A stretch of 64,000 nt of DNA from an uncultured Gemmatimonadaceae bacterium (GTDB lineage Bacteria; Gemmatimonadota; Gemmatimonadetes; Gemmatimonadales; Gemmatimonadaceae): positions 864,001-928,000 of the forward strand of contig CAVXGK010000001.1 of assembly GCA_963761305.1 (NCBI GenBank), written 5' to 3'. Below the pieces are notes generated by a model that saw only the letters and a program-made list of their open reading frames with translations, had not been told where the DNA came from and did no database searches. Numbering within the stretch: the first letter of the stretch is position 1; each line of letters starts with the position of its first letter. Both the position numbers and the translations under genes were made by a program. This document shows positions 10,100 through 20,696 of this stretch, in pieces.

Positions 10100-11307
10100 A
10101 CGCCGACGTCCTCGTCGTCGGCGGAGGTCCGGCCGGCTCGTCTCTCGCCGTGGCGTTGGCTCGCAAAGGCGTGGACGTGTTGCTCGTCGACCGCGCGCGA
10201 TTCCCGCGACCCAAGCCGTGCGCCGAGTATCTCAGTCCCGAGGCGTCGCGCGTGCTGGCGTCGATGGGCGCGCTCGAGCGCGTCGAGCGCTCGGGCGCCG
10301 CGGCGTTGTCGGGAGTTCGCGTGCGCGCCCCCAACGGCCTGGTGATCGCCGGCGATTTCGTAGCGCCGCACGGGTTCCGCGCCTACGCCGACCGCGGACT
10401 CTCCGTGCGGCGCGAAGTGCTGGACGAGATCCTGTTCGACTGCGCGCGAGAGGCCGGCGCGCGCGTCGTCGAAGGGTTGCGAATCGCCGACGTACTGCGC
10501 GACGCGTCCGGACGAATCATCGGCGCGCGGCCGCAGGGCGATGGCGCCGAGCCGATTCGCGCGCGATTCACCATCGCCGCCGACGGACTTCGCTCCGTCG
10601 TCGCCCGGCGACTCGACTTGACGAAGACGAAACGCTGGCCGCGCCGGCTTGCCCTCGTGACGCACTTCACCGGCGTGCGCGACGTGGGCGAACACGGCGA
10701 GATGCACGTCGAGCGCGACGGATACGTCGGCATCGCCGACGTGGGACACGGCGCGACGACGGTGGCGCTCGTCGTTCCGGCCTCGCATGCCAAAGCGATC
10801 TCGGCGAATCGCGAGGGTTTCCTCGATGCGTGGCTCGTCGCGCACCCGCACCTCGCCGAACGATTCATGCTCGCCGAGCGCGTGTCGCCGGTCGTCGTCA
10901 CCGGCCCCTTTGGCGCCTACAGCCGGCGCGCGTGGGCGCCGGGCGCAGCGCTCGTCGGCGATGCGGCGGATTTCTTCGACCCGTTCACCGGCGAAGGGAT
11001 CTATGCGGCGCTTCGCGGCGGGGAGCTGCTCGCCGACGCGCTCGTGGCCGGCCTTCGGGCTGACGACGGCGGTGAGGCCGCGTTGCGCGAGTACGATCGC
11101 GCCCGGCGCCGCGAGTTCGGCGGCAAATGGATCGTCGAACGCGTCATCGGCGCCGTAGTCGGATCACCGGCGCTGATCAATCGCGCCGCCAAGCGGCTGT
11201 CGGCGCGCAAAGACCTCGCCGATCTCCTGATCGGCGTCACCGGAAACTTCGTGCCGGCCAGCGAGGTCGTCCGGTGGTCGTATGTTTGGAAGGTCTTCGT
11301 CGGCTGA
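10096..11307 (+). CDS. FAD-dependent oxidoreductase (geranylgeranyl reductase-like)
   Basis: VVGGGPAG, FPRPKPCAEYL, AADG, GDAADFFDPFTGEGI. Confidence 0.9.
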   Translation: MNADVLVVGGGPAGSSLAVALARKGVDVLLVDRARFPRPKPCAEYLSPEASRVLASMGALERVERSGAAALSGVRVRAPNGLVIAGDFVAPHGFRAYADRGLSVRREVLDEILFDCAREAGARVVEGLRIADVLRDASGRIIGARPQGDGAEPIRARFTIAADGLRSVVARRLDLTKTKRWPRRLALVTHFTGVRDVGEHGEMHVERDGYVGIADVGHGATTVALVVPASHAKAISANREGFLDAWLVAHPHLAERFMLAERVSPVVVTGPFGAYSRRAWAPGAALVGDAADFFDPFTGEGIYAALRGGELLADALVAGLRADDGGEAALREYDRARRREFGGKWIVERVIGAVVGSPALINRAAKRLSARKDLADLLIGVTGNFVPASEVVRWSYVWKVFVG

Positions 11308-11311
11308 ACGG

Positions 11312-11788
11312 ATGGATTCTGACACTTTTCGCAGCGTCCTTGGGCGGTTCGCCTCGGGCGTCACGATTCTCACAGCCCGCGACACGACGGGCGCCGATCA
11401 CGGGATGACGGTGAGCGCCTTCTGCTCGCTGAGTCTCGAGCCGCCGCTCGTTCTCTTTTGTGTCGACCACGCGGCATCCATGCACGAACTGCTCGTGAGC
11501 GACCCGCCGCCCGTCTGTGGTATCAGCATTCTCTCGTCGGACCAGGAGGCCTGGTCGCGACGGTTTGCCGACGAGACCGAACAGCGGTTCGACGGCATCG
11601 CGTACTCGCGGGGCGAACACGGCGTCGTCCTCCTCGACGACGCGCTGGCGCATCTCGAGTGCACGATCCTCCAGCGCATCGAAGCCGGCGATCACACAGT
11701 GTTCATCGCGCAGCTCGAGCACGCGACAGCGCTCTACGGACATCCTCTGCTCTATTATCGCGGCGGCTATGCCCAAGTCGAGCGATGA
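11312..11788 (+). CDS. Flavin reductase family protein
   Basis: FRSVLGRFASGVTI, GMTVSAFCSLSLEPPLV, AGDH, PLLYYRGGY. Confidence 0.93.
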   Translation: MDSDTFRSVLGRFASGVTILTARDTTGADHGMTVSAFCSLSLEPPLVLFCVDHAASMHELLVSDPPPVCGISILSSDQEAWSRRFADETEQRFDGIAYSRGEHGVVLLDDALAHLECTILQRIEAGDHTVFIAQLEHATALYGHPLLYYRGGYAQVER

Positions 11789-12524
11789 CGAAGACGACGC
11801 GCGGACTTGCACCGTGCTGACGCCGGCCCGCCGGCGCGGCGTCGAGCTGCTCGACGACCCGCGCGTCGATCCCGCCGACCGTCACGCGGCGCAGGACGAC
11901 ATCCGTCGCTCGAACGTGTGGCTCGGTGGACTGCGCGCCGCGCTCGCCGAGCTGCGCGCCGTCATCGCACCGCAGGACAACATGATCCTGCTCGACGTCG
12001 GCACAGGCCTCGCCGACATACTCACTGAGGCGGCGCGCGAGGTACGGAGAGCGGGGGGCACGCTGACCACGATCGGCGTCGACGGCTCGATCTCGCTGCT
12101 CACCGCCGCACGCGATTCGACCACCGGCATGGTGTGCGCCGACGCCCTCACGCTACCGTTTCGCGACCACAGCGTCGACGTCGCGATGTGCTCGCAGCTG
12201 CTCCATCATTTCGCCGACGCGGACATCGACCGTCTGTTGAGGGAGTTGCACCGTGTGTCGCGCCGCGCCGTCGTCATCTGCGATCTGCGGCGAAGCTGGC
12301 TGGCCGCCGCTGGATTCTGGCTGGTGTCGTTCCCGATGCGCTTTCACCGCATCACGCGTCACGACGGCGTCGTCTCGGTGCTGCGCGGCTTCACCGCCGC
12401 CGAGCTCCGCCGGCACGTGAGGGCTGCGACCGGCGCGTCGCCGCGCGTGAAACGCCGGCTCGGTTTTCGGCTCACGGCGCGATGGACGCCCGCCAACGGG
12501 TCGAACATCGCGAGCGTCTCGTGA
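11769..12524 (+). CDS. SAM-dependent methyltransferase
   Basis: ELLDD, LLDVGTGLAD motif I, LLHHF, DLRRS, HDGVVSVLRGF; start may instead be GTG 11814. Confidence 0.88.
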   Translation: MPKSSDDEDDARTCTVLTPARRRGVELLDDPRVDPADRHAAQDDIRRSNVWLGGLRAALAELRAVIAPQDNMILLDVGTGLADILTEAAREVRRAGGTLTTIGVDGSISLLTAARDSTTGMVCADALTLPFRDHSVDVAMCSQLLHHFADADIDRLLRELHRVSRRAVVICDLRRSWLAAAGFWLVSFPMRFHRITRHDGVVSVLRGFTAAELRRHVRAATGASPRVKRRLGFRLTARWTPANGSNIASVS

Positions 12525-13090
12525 ACGACGCCCCTCCGCACGACCTTGGCCCAATGCCGACCAACCGCTCGCTGCGGACGGTCGACGAGCGCATCGTGAA
12601 AGCGCCGCCGAGCCGTATCTTCACGCTCGCGGCGGACGTGGAACGATGGCCGGCGCACTTGCCGCACTACCGCTTCGTGCGCTTCAACGAGCGACGGCGC
12701 GACGGCGGTGGTACGGTCGAGATGTCGGCGAACCGGCCGTTCGGTCCGGTGGACTGGCCCACTTGGTGGATGTCGCTGATGTCCGTGACCCCCCCGTCGA
12801 GCTCGACTCGAGGCTCGATTCGGTTCCGGCACGTTCGTGGCGTGACGAGCGGCATGGAAGTCGAGTGGACCTTCGACCCACACCAGGTCGGAACCTTGGT
12901 TCGCATCGTACATGTCTGGAACGGGCCTCCGTGGCCTCTGATTGGTGGATTGGCGGCGCACGCGGTGATCGGGCCCGTGTTCGTGCACGGCATCGCGTCG
13001 CGAACTCTTGCCGGCCTCGGCCAAGCGGCCGAACGTACCGGCGAGTTTGGAAACGGCGTTGGCTCATCGAGAGAGGTGTCGAGTGGATGA
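12521..13090 (+). CDS. SRPBCC/polyketide cyclase-dehydrase family protein
   Basis: IFTLAADVERWPAHLPHY, GMEVEWTF; GTGA overlap with the upstream stop. Confidence 0.85.
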   Translation: MNDAPPHDLGPMPTNRSLRTVDERIVKAPPSRIFTLAADVERWPAHLPHYRFVRFNERRRDGGGTVEMSANRPFGPVDWPTWWMSLMSVTPPSSSTRGSIRFRHVRGVTSGMEVEWTFDPHQVGTLVRIVHVWNGPPWPLIGGLAAHAVIGPVFVHGIASRTLAGLGQAAERTGEFGNGVGSSREVSSG

Positions 13091-14324
13091 TCGTCGGCGG
13101 GTCGTGGTCACCGGTATCGGGGCGGTCACGCCGATCGGCATCACGCGCAGCGCGATGTGGGACGGCTTGCTCGCTGGCCGCTCCGCCGTGCGTCCCGTCA
13201 CGCGGTTCGACGCGTCGATCTATCGCAGCCAGATCGCCGCCGAGATCGACTTTCATCCGACGGATTTCATCGAGGAGCGGAAGGTCAAGCGTCTCGATCG
13301 CTACGGGCAATTCACCGTCGCGTGTTCGCGGCTCGCGATCGAGGACGCGCACCTCGACATGAGCGTCGAAGATCACGAGCGCGTCGGCTCGACGATGGGA
13401 AGCGCGCTGGGCGGCGTCGGGTTCGCCGAAGAGCAGTTCGGCGTCTTTCTCACGCAGGGCATCAAGAACGTCGCGGTCTCGTTGGCGACGAACGTCTTCG
13501 GCGGGGCGGCGAGTTGCAACGTCGCGATCGAATTCGGCGCGCAGGGGCCGAACAGCACGAACGCGATGAGCTGCGCGTCGGGCACCATGGGCATCGGCGA
13601 AGGGTTTCGCCAGATCCGCGACGATTACGCCGACGTGATGATCTGCGGCGGCATCGAGGCGCCGCTCAACCAGCTCTGCTTCGGCGCGTTCGCGTTGATT
13701 CGCGCCATGTCGACGCGCAACGACGACCCGGGCCACGCGTCGCGCCCGTTCGACCGCGACCGCGACGGATTCGTCATGGGTGAAGGCGCCGCGGTGCTCG
13801 TGCTCGAGGAATACGAGCGCGCCAAATCGCGCGGCGCGCACATCTACGCCGAGGTCTGCGGCTACGCGTTCTGCAACGACGCGCACCACATGACCGCGCC
13901 GCGTCCCGACGGCTCGCAGGCCGCGCGCGCCATTCGCGGCGCGCTCAAGGACGCTCGGGTCGAGCCACACGAGATTCAATACGTCAACGCCCACGGCAGC
14001 AGCACGCCGCTCAACGATCCGACCGAAACGCGGGCGATCAAGACCGTGTTCGGCGACCACGCCGCCAAGCTGCAGGTGAGCAGCACCAAGGCGTACTACG
14101 GACACGCGCTCGGCGCGTCCGGTGCCATGGAGGCGGCCATCTGCGCGATGGCGCTCGAGCACGAATGGCTTCCGCCAACGCTCAACCTCGAGGACCCGGG
14201 CGACGGCTGCGACCTCGATTACATCCCGGGCGTGGGTCGCAATTCGCGCGTCGACTACATCGTCAGCAACTCCTTCGGGTTCGGCGGCATAAACGCCGCC
14301 TTAGTGCTGAAGCGCGCCGACTGA
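13083..14324 (+). CDS. Beta-ketoacyl-ACP synthase II family (FabF-like ketosynthase)
   Basis: RVVVTGIG, catalytic Cys in SCASG, NAHGSST, GHALGA, SNSFGFGG. Confidence 0.93.
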   Translation: MDDRRRVVVTGIGAVTPIGITRSAMWDGLLAGRSAVRPVTRFDASIYRSQIAAEIDFHPTDFIEERKVKRLDRYGQFTVACSRLAIEDAHLDMSVEDHERVGSTMGSALGGVGFAEEQFGVFLTQGIKNVAVSLATNVFGGAASCNVAIEFGAQGPNSTNAMSCASGTMGIGEGFRQIRDDYADVMICGGIEAPLNQLCFGAFALIRAMSTRNDDPGHASRPFDRDRDGFVMGEGAAVLVLEEYERAKSRGAHIYAEVCGYAFCNDAHHMTAPRPDGSQAARAIRGALKDARVEPHEIQYVNAHGSSTPLNDPTETRAIKTVFGDHAAKLQVSSTKAYYGHALGASGAMEAAICAMALEHEWLPPTLNLEDPGDGCDLDYIPGVGRNSRVDYIVSNSFGFGGINAALVLKRAD

Positions 14325-14357
14325 GGGGCGAACGGACGCCGATGATGGTATAGTTAC

Positions 14358-14390
14358 AGCGCCGCGGGGCCGGACTCCGCGGCGCTTTTT
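14358..14390 (+). terminator. Probable intrinsic terminator
   Basis: AGCGCCGCGG...CCGCGGCGCT stem followed by a T run, downstream of the ketosynthase gene. Confidence 0.6.
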
Positions 14391-14420
14391 CGTCCTGCAC
14401 CCTCAGCTCGGAACCCATCA

Positions 14421-15125
14421 ATGAAAGACACGTGGCGCCACTTCGTGGCCGAATTCGTGGGGACGTTCGCGCTGGTGTTCGTCGGTGGTGGTACGATCAT
14501 CACGAGTCCGCTGGTGCAATCGCAGGCGACGGTGTTGAGCGTCGCGCTCGCGCACGGCCTCATCCTCGCGCTTCTCGTCAGCGCGACGATGAACATCTCG
14601 GGCGGACATTTGAATCCGGCCGTCACGACCGGCTTCCTCGTGACCGGACGCATCGATCCGATGATGGCCGTGATTCACTGGATCGCGCAGTTCCTCGGAG
14701 CGATCATCGCCGCGTACGCGCTCAAGGCGCTGTTCCCATCCGCGGTCGCCACCGTGACGATGCTCGGCGGCCAGCGTGTTTCCGCCGACACGACGTTCAT
14801 GCAGGCGATCGGTCTCGAGGCCATCGCGACGTTCTTCCTCGTTTTCGTCGTCTTTGGAACGGCCGTCGATCCGCGCGCGCCCAAGCTCGGCGGCATGGCG
14901 ATCGGCCTCACGATCGCCGCGGACATTCTCGCGATTGGCCCGCTCACCGGCGGGTCGATGAATCCGGCGCGTTCGTTTGGGCCGGCCGTCGTTTCGCACG
15001 TTTTCGAGGGTCAGATGGTGTACTGGATCGGACCGCTCCTCGGCGGAATCGTCGCGGCGCTGTTGTACGACCGGCTGTTCCTGCGGAACGGCTCGCCCAG
15101 CGCGGCGGGCGCCCCAGCCGCCTGA
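14421..15125 (+). CDS. Aquaporin (MIP family)
   Basis: AEFVGTF, SGGHLNPAVT and SMNPARSFGPA (two NPA boxes). Confidence 0.96.
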   Translation: MKDTWRHFVAEFVGTFALVFVGGGTIITSPLVQSQATVLSVALAHGLILALLVSATMNISGGHLNPAVTTGFLVTGRIDPMMAVIHWIAQFLGAIIAAYALKALFPSAVATVTMLGGQRVSADTTFMQAIGLEAIATFFLVFVVFGTAVDPRAPKLGGMAIGLTIAADILAIGPLTGGSMNPARSFGPAVVSHVFEGQMVYWIGPLLGGIVAALLYDRLFLRNGSPSAAGAPAA

Positions 15126-15161
15126 TCGGCGGTCGGCGCGCGCGGCCGGTATCTTCCCGGA

Positions 15162-15818
15162 ATGACGGACGCACCGCTCTCCGCCCTCTCGCGCGCTCGC
15201 GAACAGAAGATCAGCGAGCTCTCACAGCACTTCGCAAATGACGATCTGTCGCTCGACGACCTCGAGCGACGGATCGAGCGGGTGTACAAGGCGGCGAACC
15301 TTTCCGAGCTGGACGCGATCACGTCCGACCTGCGCGCGCCGCTCCTGGCTCCCGCCAACGTCATCGTGCCGTCGTTGGCGCCGATGACGAACGCGACGTC
15401 CTATTCGGACGAGGGCGTTCCGACGCGGCGTACCCGCATTCTCGCCGTGATGAGCGAGTCCAAACGGACCGGGCGTTGGCTCGTGCCGCCGCGCGTGGAC
15501 GTCGTGTCTCTGATGGCCGATACGAAGATCGACCTCACGAGCGCCGTGCTCCCGCCCGGCGGCGCCGAGTTTCATGTGCGCTCGATCTGGGCCGCCTGCA
15601 AGATCATCGTCCCGCCGGAGATGCGCGTGATCAACGAGATGCACGCGATCATGGCAAGCGTGACGAGCAAGGCCGACGAGATGGATGCGGAGGGAACCGT
15701 GCACCGCGGGCCGACGCTGCGCCTCACCGGGACGGCGTTCATGGCCGAGGTGAAGGTCGTCGTGCGCCGCCGCGAGGAAGCACTCGCCGAGCTCTCGGAC
15801 GACGACGACGACGACTAG
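15162..15818 (+). CDS. DUF1707 (SHOCT-like) domain protein with LiaF-like C-terminal beta domain
   Basis: REQKISELSQHFANDDLSLDDLERRIERVYKA...LDAITSDL; IDLTSA, IIVPP. Confidence 0.8.
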   Translation: MTDAPLSALSRAREQKISELSQHFANDDLSLDDLERRIERVYKAANLSELDAITSDLRAPLLAPANVIVPSLAPMTNATSYSDEGVPTRRTRILAVMSESKRTGRWLVPPRVDVVSLMADTKIDLTSAVLPPGGAEFHVRSIWAACKIIVPPEMRVINEMHAIMASVTSKADEMDAEGTVHRGPTLRLTGTAFMAEVKVVVRRREEALAELSDDDDDD

Positions 15819-15885
15819 CGCGCTCGGTCAGGGGAGCAACACGCCGGCGATGCGCACCAGCCAGCCGAATCGTTGATCTCACTGC

Positions 15886-16106
15886 CGGCCACTCTGAGGT
15901 CCGTCGCCTGGGTGGTTCGGCTGCGGGGTCGACGACGGTGGCAGCCATCAGACCGCAGACATCGGTTTCGGCGTGACACGGCGGAGCTGGCGGGACGATG
16001 ACGACGGTCTCGGCGAGCGCTGGTCTGATTTCCGATGTCGGAGGTCGGCCGTCAGTCGTCGAGCGAACCACGTGGCTTAGTGGCCACTCGACGCTCAGAG
16101 TGGCCG
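15886..16106. repeat. Long imperfect nested inverted repeat between convergent genes
   Basis: CGGCCACTCTGAG/CTCAGAGTGGCCG, GTGGTTCG/CGAACCAC, TCGACGAC/GTCGTCGA, ATCAGACC/GGTCTGAT nested arms. Confidence 0.65.
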
Positions 16107-16131
16107 AGCCCCCATCACGGCTCGCTGGCGT

Positions 16132-16674
16132 TCACGGCCCCAGGCGCATGTACGCTGCGTCGTACCTGGCGATCGAATCGGCGATCACTTTCATGGCTTC
16201 ATCGCTCTTCGCCCAGCCTTCGATCTGCACGCGCTTTCCTTCGAGATCCTTGTAGGTCGAGAAGAAGTACTGGACCTCGGTCAGCACGTGCCGCGGAATG
16301 TCCGCAATGTCGAACACGTCGTCGTAGTAGGGATCTTTCAGCGCCGCCGCGAGAATTTTGTCGTCCGGTTCTCCGCGATCCCGCATGCGCAGCACGCCGA
16401 GCGGGCGCACGTCGATCATGCAACCGGGGAACGTCGGTTCCTTCACGAGCACGAGCACGTCGAGCGGATCGCCGTCCTCGTGCAGCGTGCGCGGAATGAG
16501 GCCGTAATCGCCCGGATAGTGAACCGCGGAGTAGAGCACGCGGTCCAGCTTCATGATTCCGGTTTTCTTGTCGAGCTCGTATTTGTTGCGGCTACCCAAC
16601 GGGATTTCGATGACGGCGGTGACTTCTTCCGGCGGGTGCGGACCCGGCGGAAGGTCATGCCAATAGTGGATCAT
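16132..16674 (-). CDS. ppa: Inorganic pyrophosphatase (family I)
   Basis: KYELDK, YPGDYG, DGDPLDVLV, DDKIL. Confidence 0.96.
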   Translation of the reverse strand: MIHYWHDLPPGPHPPEEVTAVIEIPLGSRNKYELDKKTGIMKLDRVLYSAVHYPGDYGLIPRTLHEDGDPLDVLVLVKEPTFPGCMIDVRPLGVLRMRDRGEPDDKILAAALKDPYYDDVFDIADIPRHVLTEVQYFFSTYKDLEGKRVQIEGWAKSDEAMKVIADSIARYDAAYMRLGP

Positions 16675-17721
16675 GACGCCCGCGAGGCCACGCCGTCCCG
16701 CGTCATGGTGCCTTTGTACGCCATCGGCGGCTCTTCGACACCGAAGTTTCCCGTCGCCAATTCGGCGACCCGCTCCATCTCACCGGGAGTGAGATCCGGC
16801 GCATCGCTCGCCGCCGCGAACTCGGCGAGCTGCTCATCGTCGTAAACGTTCGGCAGCGTGGTCACGACGCGGGGTTCGGCGAGCAGCCACTTGAGCGCCG
16901 CCTGGCCGAGCGTCATCCGCTTCGCGAGGAAGTCGAGCGTTTTGACTTTCTTGATGCCGTTGACCAGCCAGGATCGCGGGCGATGCCGCCGGTGGTCGTG
17001 CTCGGGGAAGACCGTGTCTTCGGTGTACTTCCCTTCGAGCATGCCCGACGCGTGCGTCACGCGGATGTTGAAGCAGCAGTTCGGGGCATGCCGCTTCGCC
17101 GCCTCGATCATCGCCGTGCCCGGATGCTGCTCGAGCACGTTCCAGATCATCTGGATCGTGTCGATGTCCGGCTCGCGCTCCACAAGGTCCGCGGCTTCGT
17201 ACAACCAACCAATGGCCGGACCGAACGCGGCCCCCCACGCCCGAATCTTCCCTTCCCGCTTGAGCTGCCGGAACGTGTCCCACAGCTCGCGGTCGTGCAC
17301 ATGCTCCATCTTCGCGTTGTGCAGCTGGAGCACGTCGATGTAGTCGGTCTCGAGGCGCTCGAGACACTTGTCGACGGCGAAGCGCAGGAACGCCGGATCG
17401 GTTCGCATCGGCAGCTCCGACTGCCCGCGGCGAGCTTTCTGCGCCGCCTCGTCGTATATGTCGTAGCCGACCTTGGTCGCGATCACGACTTCATTGCGAC
17501 GCCCGCGAAATGCCTCGGCGATCTGGCGCTCGGCGCGGCCGTTGCCGTAGGCATCCGCCGCGTCGAAGAACGTCACGCCGTGATCGTCGAGCGCGCGGCG
17601 CAGCATCGCCACGGCGTCGGCGTCCGTCTTCTCGCCCCACCAGCCGGTGGAGATGGTCCACGTGCCGAACCCGACTTCGCTCACGCGAATGTCGCGTGCC
17701 GGGAAAAGTCCGGTATCGCAT
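16671..17721 (-). CDS. Aldo/keto reductase (probable frameshift near the 5' end, ~17695)
   Basis: VSEVGFGTW, FFDAADAYGNG, IATKVG, LERLETDYIDVLQLH; the natural N-terminus MRYRTFPGT starts at 17721 in another frame. Confidence 0.9.
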
Positions 17722-17788
17722 GCCAAGAAGTCTAACGGGTGGCTGACGGGTACGTTTGCGTTGCATCTTTGTTCAGCCTCACCCCGCC

Positions 17789-20671
17789 ATGGCGATCACC
17801 GACCACCAAGCGAAGTACTTCGCCCACGAGCTCACCCGCCGGTTCCCGTCGGATTCCGAGGCGCGGCTGGCAGGCGCCCTCGTCGACGCCGTCGTCGACC
17901 TTAACCCGCACCAGGTCGACGCGGCGCTGTTCGCGTTTCGGTCTCCCCTCGCGAAGGGCGCTCTTCTCGCAGATGAGGTGGGACTAGGCAAGACGATCGA
18001 AGCCGGGCTCGTCATCTCGCAGCGCTGGGCTGAAAAGCGCCGGAGGATCCTGGTTGTCACCCCCGCGAACCTGCGCAAGCAGTGGTTTCAGGAGCTGACG
18101 GAGAAGTTCTCGCTGCCCTGCCGCATCCTCGAGGCGCGTTCGTTCAATCAAGCGCTGAAGGACGGGAAGATCCGGCCCTTCGATGGACCGGACGTCGTTA
18201 TCTGCTCCTACCAGTTCGCTCGGAGCAAGGAAGCCGACGTCGCGGCGACCCCGTGGGACCTCGTGGTCATCGACGAAGCCCATCGCCTGCGCAACGTCTA
18301 CAAGCCGTCCAACGTCATCTCGAACTCGCTCAAGCGCGCGTTCGGATCGTCCAACAAGCTACTGCTCACGGCGACGCCGCTCCAGAATTCGCTGCTCGAG
18401 CTGTACGGGCTCGTGAGCTTCATCGACGAGCACACCTTCGGCGATGTCCGCAGCTTCCGTGAGCAGTTTCTCGACGCTCGACGACGACGCCGTCTTTCGC
18501 GCGCTGAAGGAATCGTCTGCTACCGATCTGCCATCGCACCCTGCGGCGTCAGGTCGCGCCGTATATCTCGTACACCAAGCGTCGGCCGATCGTCGAAGGA
18601 TCGTTCACGCCGGACGACAGCGAGGATCGCCTCTACGACGCCGTCTCGGAGTATCTGCGGCGACCGAAACTCTCCAGCCCTGCCAGCGCAGCAGCGGACC
18701 CTGATCACGCTGGTTCTCCGCAAACTGCTCGCGTCGTCCACGTTCGCCATCGCGGGCGCGCTGCGATACCATGGCGGAGAACCTGAGAGCGAAGTTTCGC
18801 ACGGCGACTCCGAAGGAGCCGGTCGAAGACGCGCTCGGCGATGACTACGAGGCCCTCGACGAGTCCGCCGATGAGTGGGAGGCCGACAGCGGCGCCGACG
18901 AGGTGACCAATGGCAACCGAACCGCGATCGAAAAGGAGATCGCCGACCTCGACGCCTTCGCCGCGCTGGCGGGCGAGAATCCAACACAACGCAAAAGGCC
19001 GTGCGCTCCTCACGGCTCTGCAAGACGGCTTTCAACGAAAGCACGGAAGCTCGGCGCCGCCGGAAAAGGCGATCATCTTCACGGAATCGCGGCGCACGCA
19101 GCAATACTTGCTCCGCGTGCTCGCCGACAGGCGGCTAGCGTCCGAAGACATCGTCCTCTTCAACGGCTCGAACACCGACGACAGCTCCAAGGCGATCTAT
19201 GCGTCGTGGGCTGGCGCGGCACGCCGGCACGGATCGCGTCACGGGCTCTCGTAGCGCCGACATGCGCTCGGCGCTCGTCGACCAGTTCCGCGAGCGACGC
19301 GCAGATCATGATCGCGACCGAGGCCGGCGGCGGAGGGAATCAATCTCCAGTTCTGCTCATTGGTCGTGAACTACGACCTGCCGTGGAACCCGCAGCGCAT
19401 CGAGCAGCGAATCGGCCGCTGCCATCGCTACGGGCAGAAGCACGACGTGGTCGTCGTGAACTTTCTCAATCGAAAGAACGAAGCCGACGAGCGCGTGTTC
19501 GAGCTGCTCTCGGAGAAGTTCCAGTTGTTCGACGGAATCTTCGGATCGAGCGACGAGGTTCTGGGCGCGATCGAATCGGGCGTGGATTTCGAGAAACGCA
19601 TCGCCGACGATCTATCAGGACTGCCGGCATCCCGACGATATCAAGGCGCATTCGACAAGCTGCAGCTCGAATTGAGCCTAGAGATCAACGAGACGATGAC
19701 CGACGCGCGACGCAAGCTGCTCGAGAACTTCGACGACGAAGTGCGCGAGAAGCTCAAGATGAGAGCACGACGCAGTCGCAGGAAGAACGGGGCCGGTTAG
19801 AGAGAGCTCTTGATGACAGCTCACTCGCTATGAGCTGACGTGACGTCGCCGACTTCGGAACGGACGGCGGCTTCGATGCTGAAGGCGTCGCTGAGTCCTA
19901 GCGACGACTCGCGCGGGAAGGTACGAGCTGCCACGCGCAGCGGGGGAATAGACACCTCTATCGGCTCGGCCACGCTGGCAGAGTGAGGTGCTGTCGCGGG
20001 GCTAAGCAACGACGTTGCGCGGCGTAGAGATCGAATTCGACGGCGGTCCGGCTACGCGGGCAAGAACACACTGCTCGATGGGTTGGTCGGGAAGTCTGGT
20101 TGGATGTCGGCGTCGCTCTTTTAGGTAGAGTCCTTCGACAGGCAGGAAGATCACGTGATCTCGTCGCTCGGCTCGACGACGGAACGTCGTTGACGCCAGC
20201 GTATTGCCGCGCGATGCTCCGTGAAAGGAGCGCCTCCGCCGGCGATGTCGTGAGGCGCCAGAGATTGATTCGGCGCTTCGGTCGGCAGTTCAGCGGCGCG
20301 GCGCGGACATAGAGCTTGGCATCTCGGAGCGGAACGCTTCGGTTTTTCGAGGACGAAGTCGACGAAGCTCGACGGCTGGGCGGACGACCTGAAGCTGGCG
20401 CTCGAGCGCGAGCTGAAGGAGCTCGAGAAGAAAGATCAAGGAAGTGCGACGCTCGGCGTCGGGCGCGCTGACGCTCGAGGAGAAGCTCGCGTTCAGAAGG
20501 TAGGTGAAGGCGCTCGAGGCGCAGCGCAACGAGAAGCGGAAGCGGCTGTTCGACGCGCAGGACGACGTCGACCGCCGGCGCGGGGAGCTGATCGAGCAGA
20601 TCGAGGCGAAGCTGCGGCAGGAAACTGCGTTCGAGGAACTGTTCACCATCAGATGGTCGCTCTGCGCGTGA
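17789..20671 (+). CDS. SNF2-family helicase associated with type III RM (multiple frameshifts)
   Basis: [28 protein letters not shown], then in shifted frames KAIIFTES, NYDLPWNPQRIEQRIGRCHRYGQ, and a C-terminus ending LFTIRWSLCA. Confidence 0.85.
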
Positions 20672-20696
20672 GCGGCTCTATCGAGGACATACGTCG

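Noticed and set aside
14325..14360. Fluoride or other riboswitch upstream of the aquaporin gene
   Set aside because: The GATGATGG segment lacks the pairing and spacing I would expect for the fluoride aptamer
17722..17788. att site or target duplication at the island boundary
   Set aside because: No direct repeat shared with 30265-30315; no tRNA or integrase nearby
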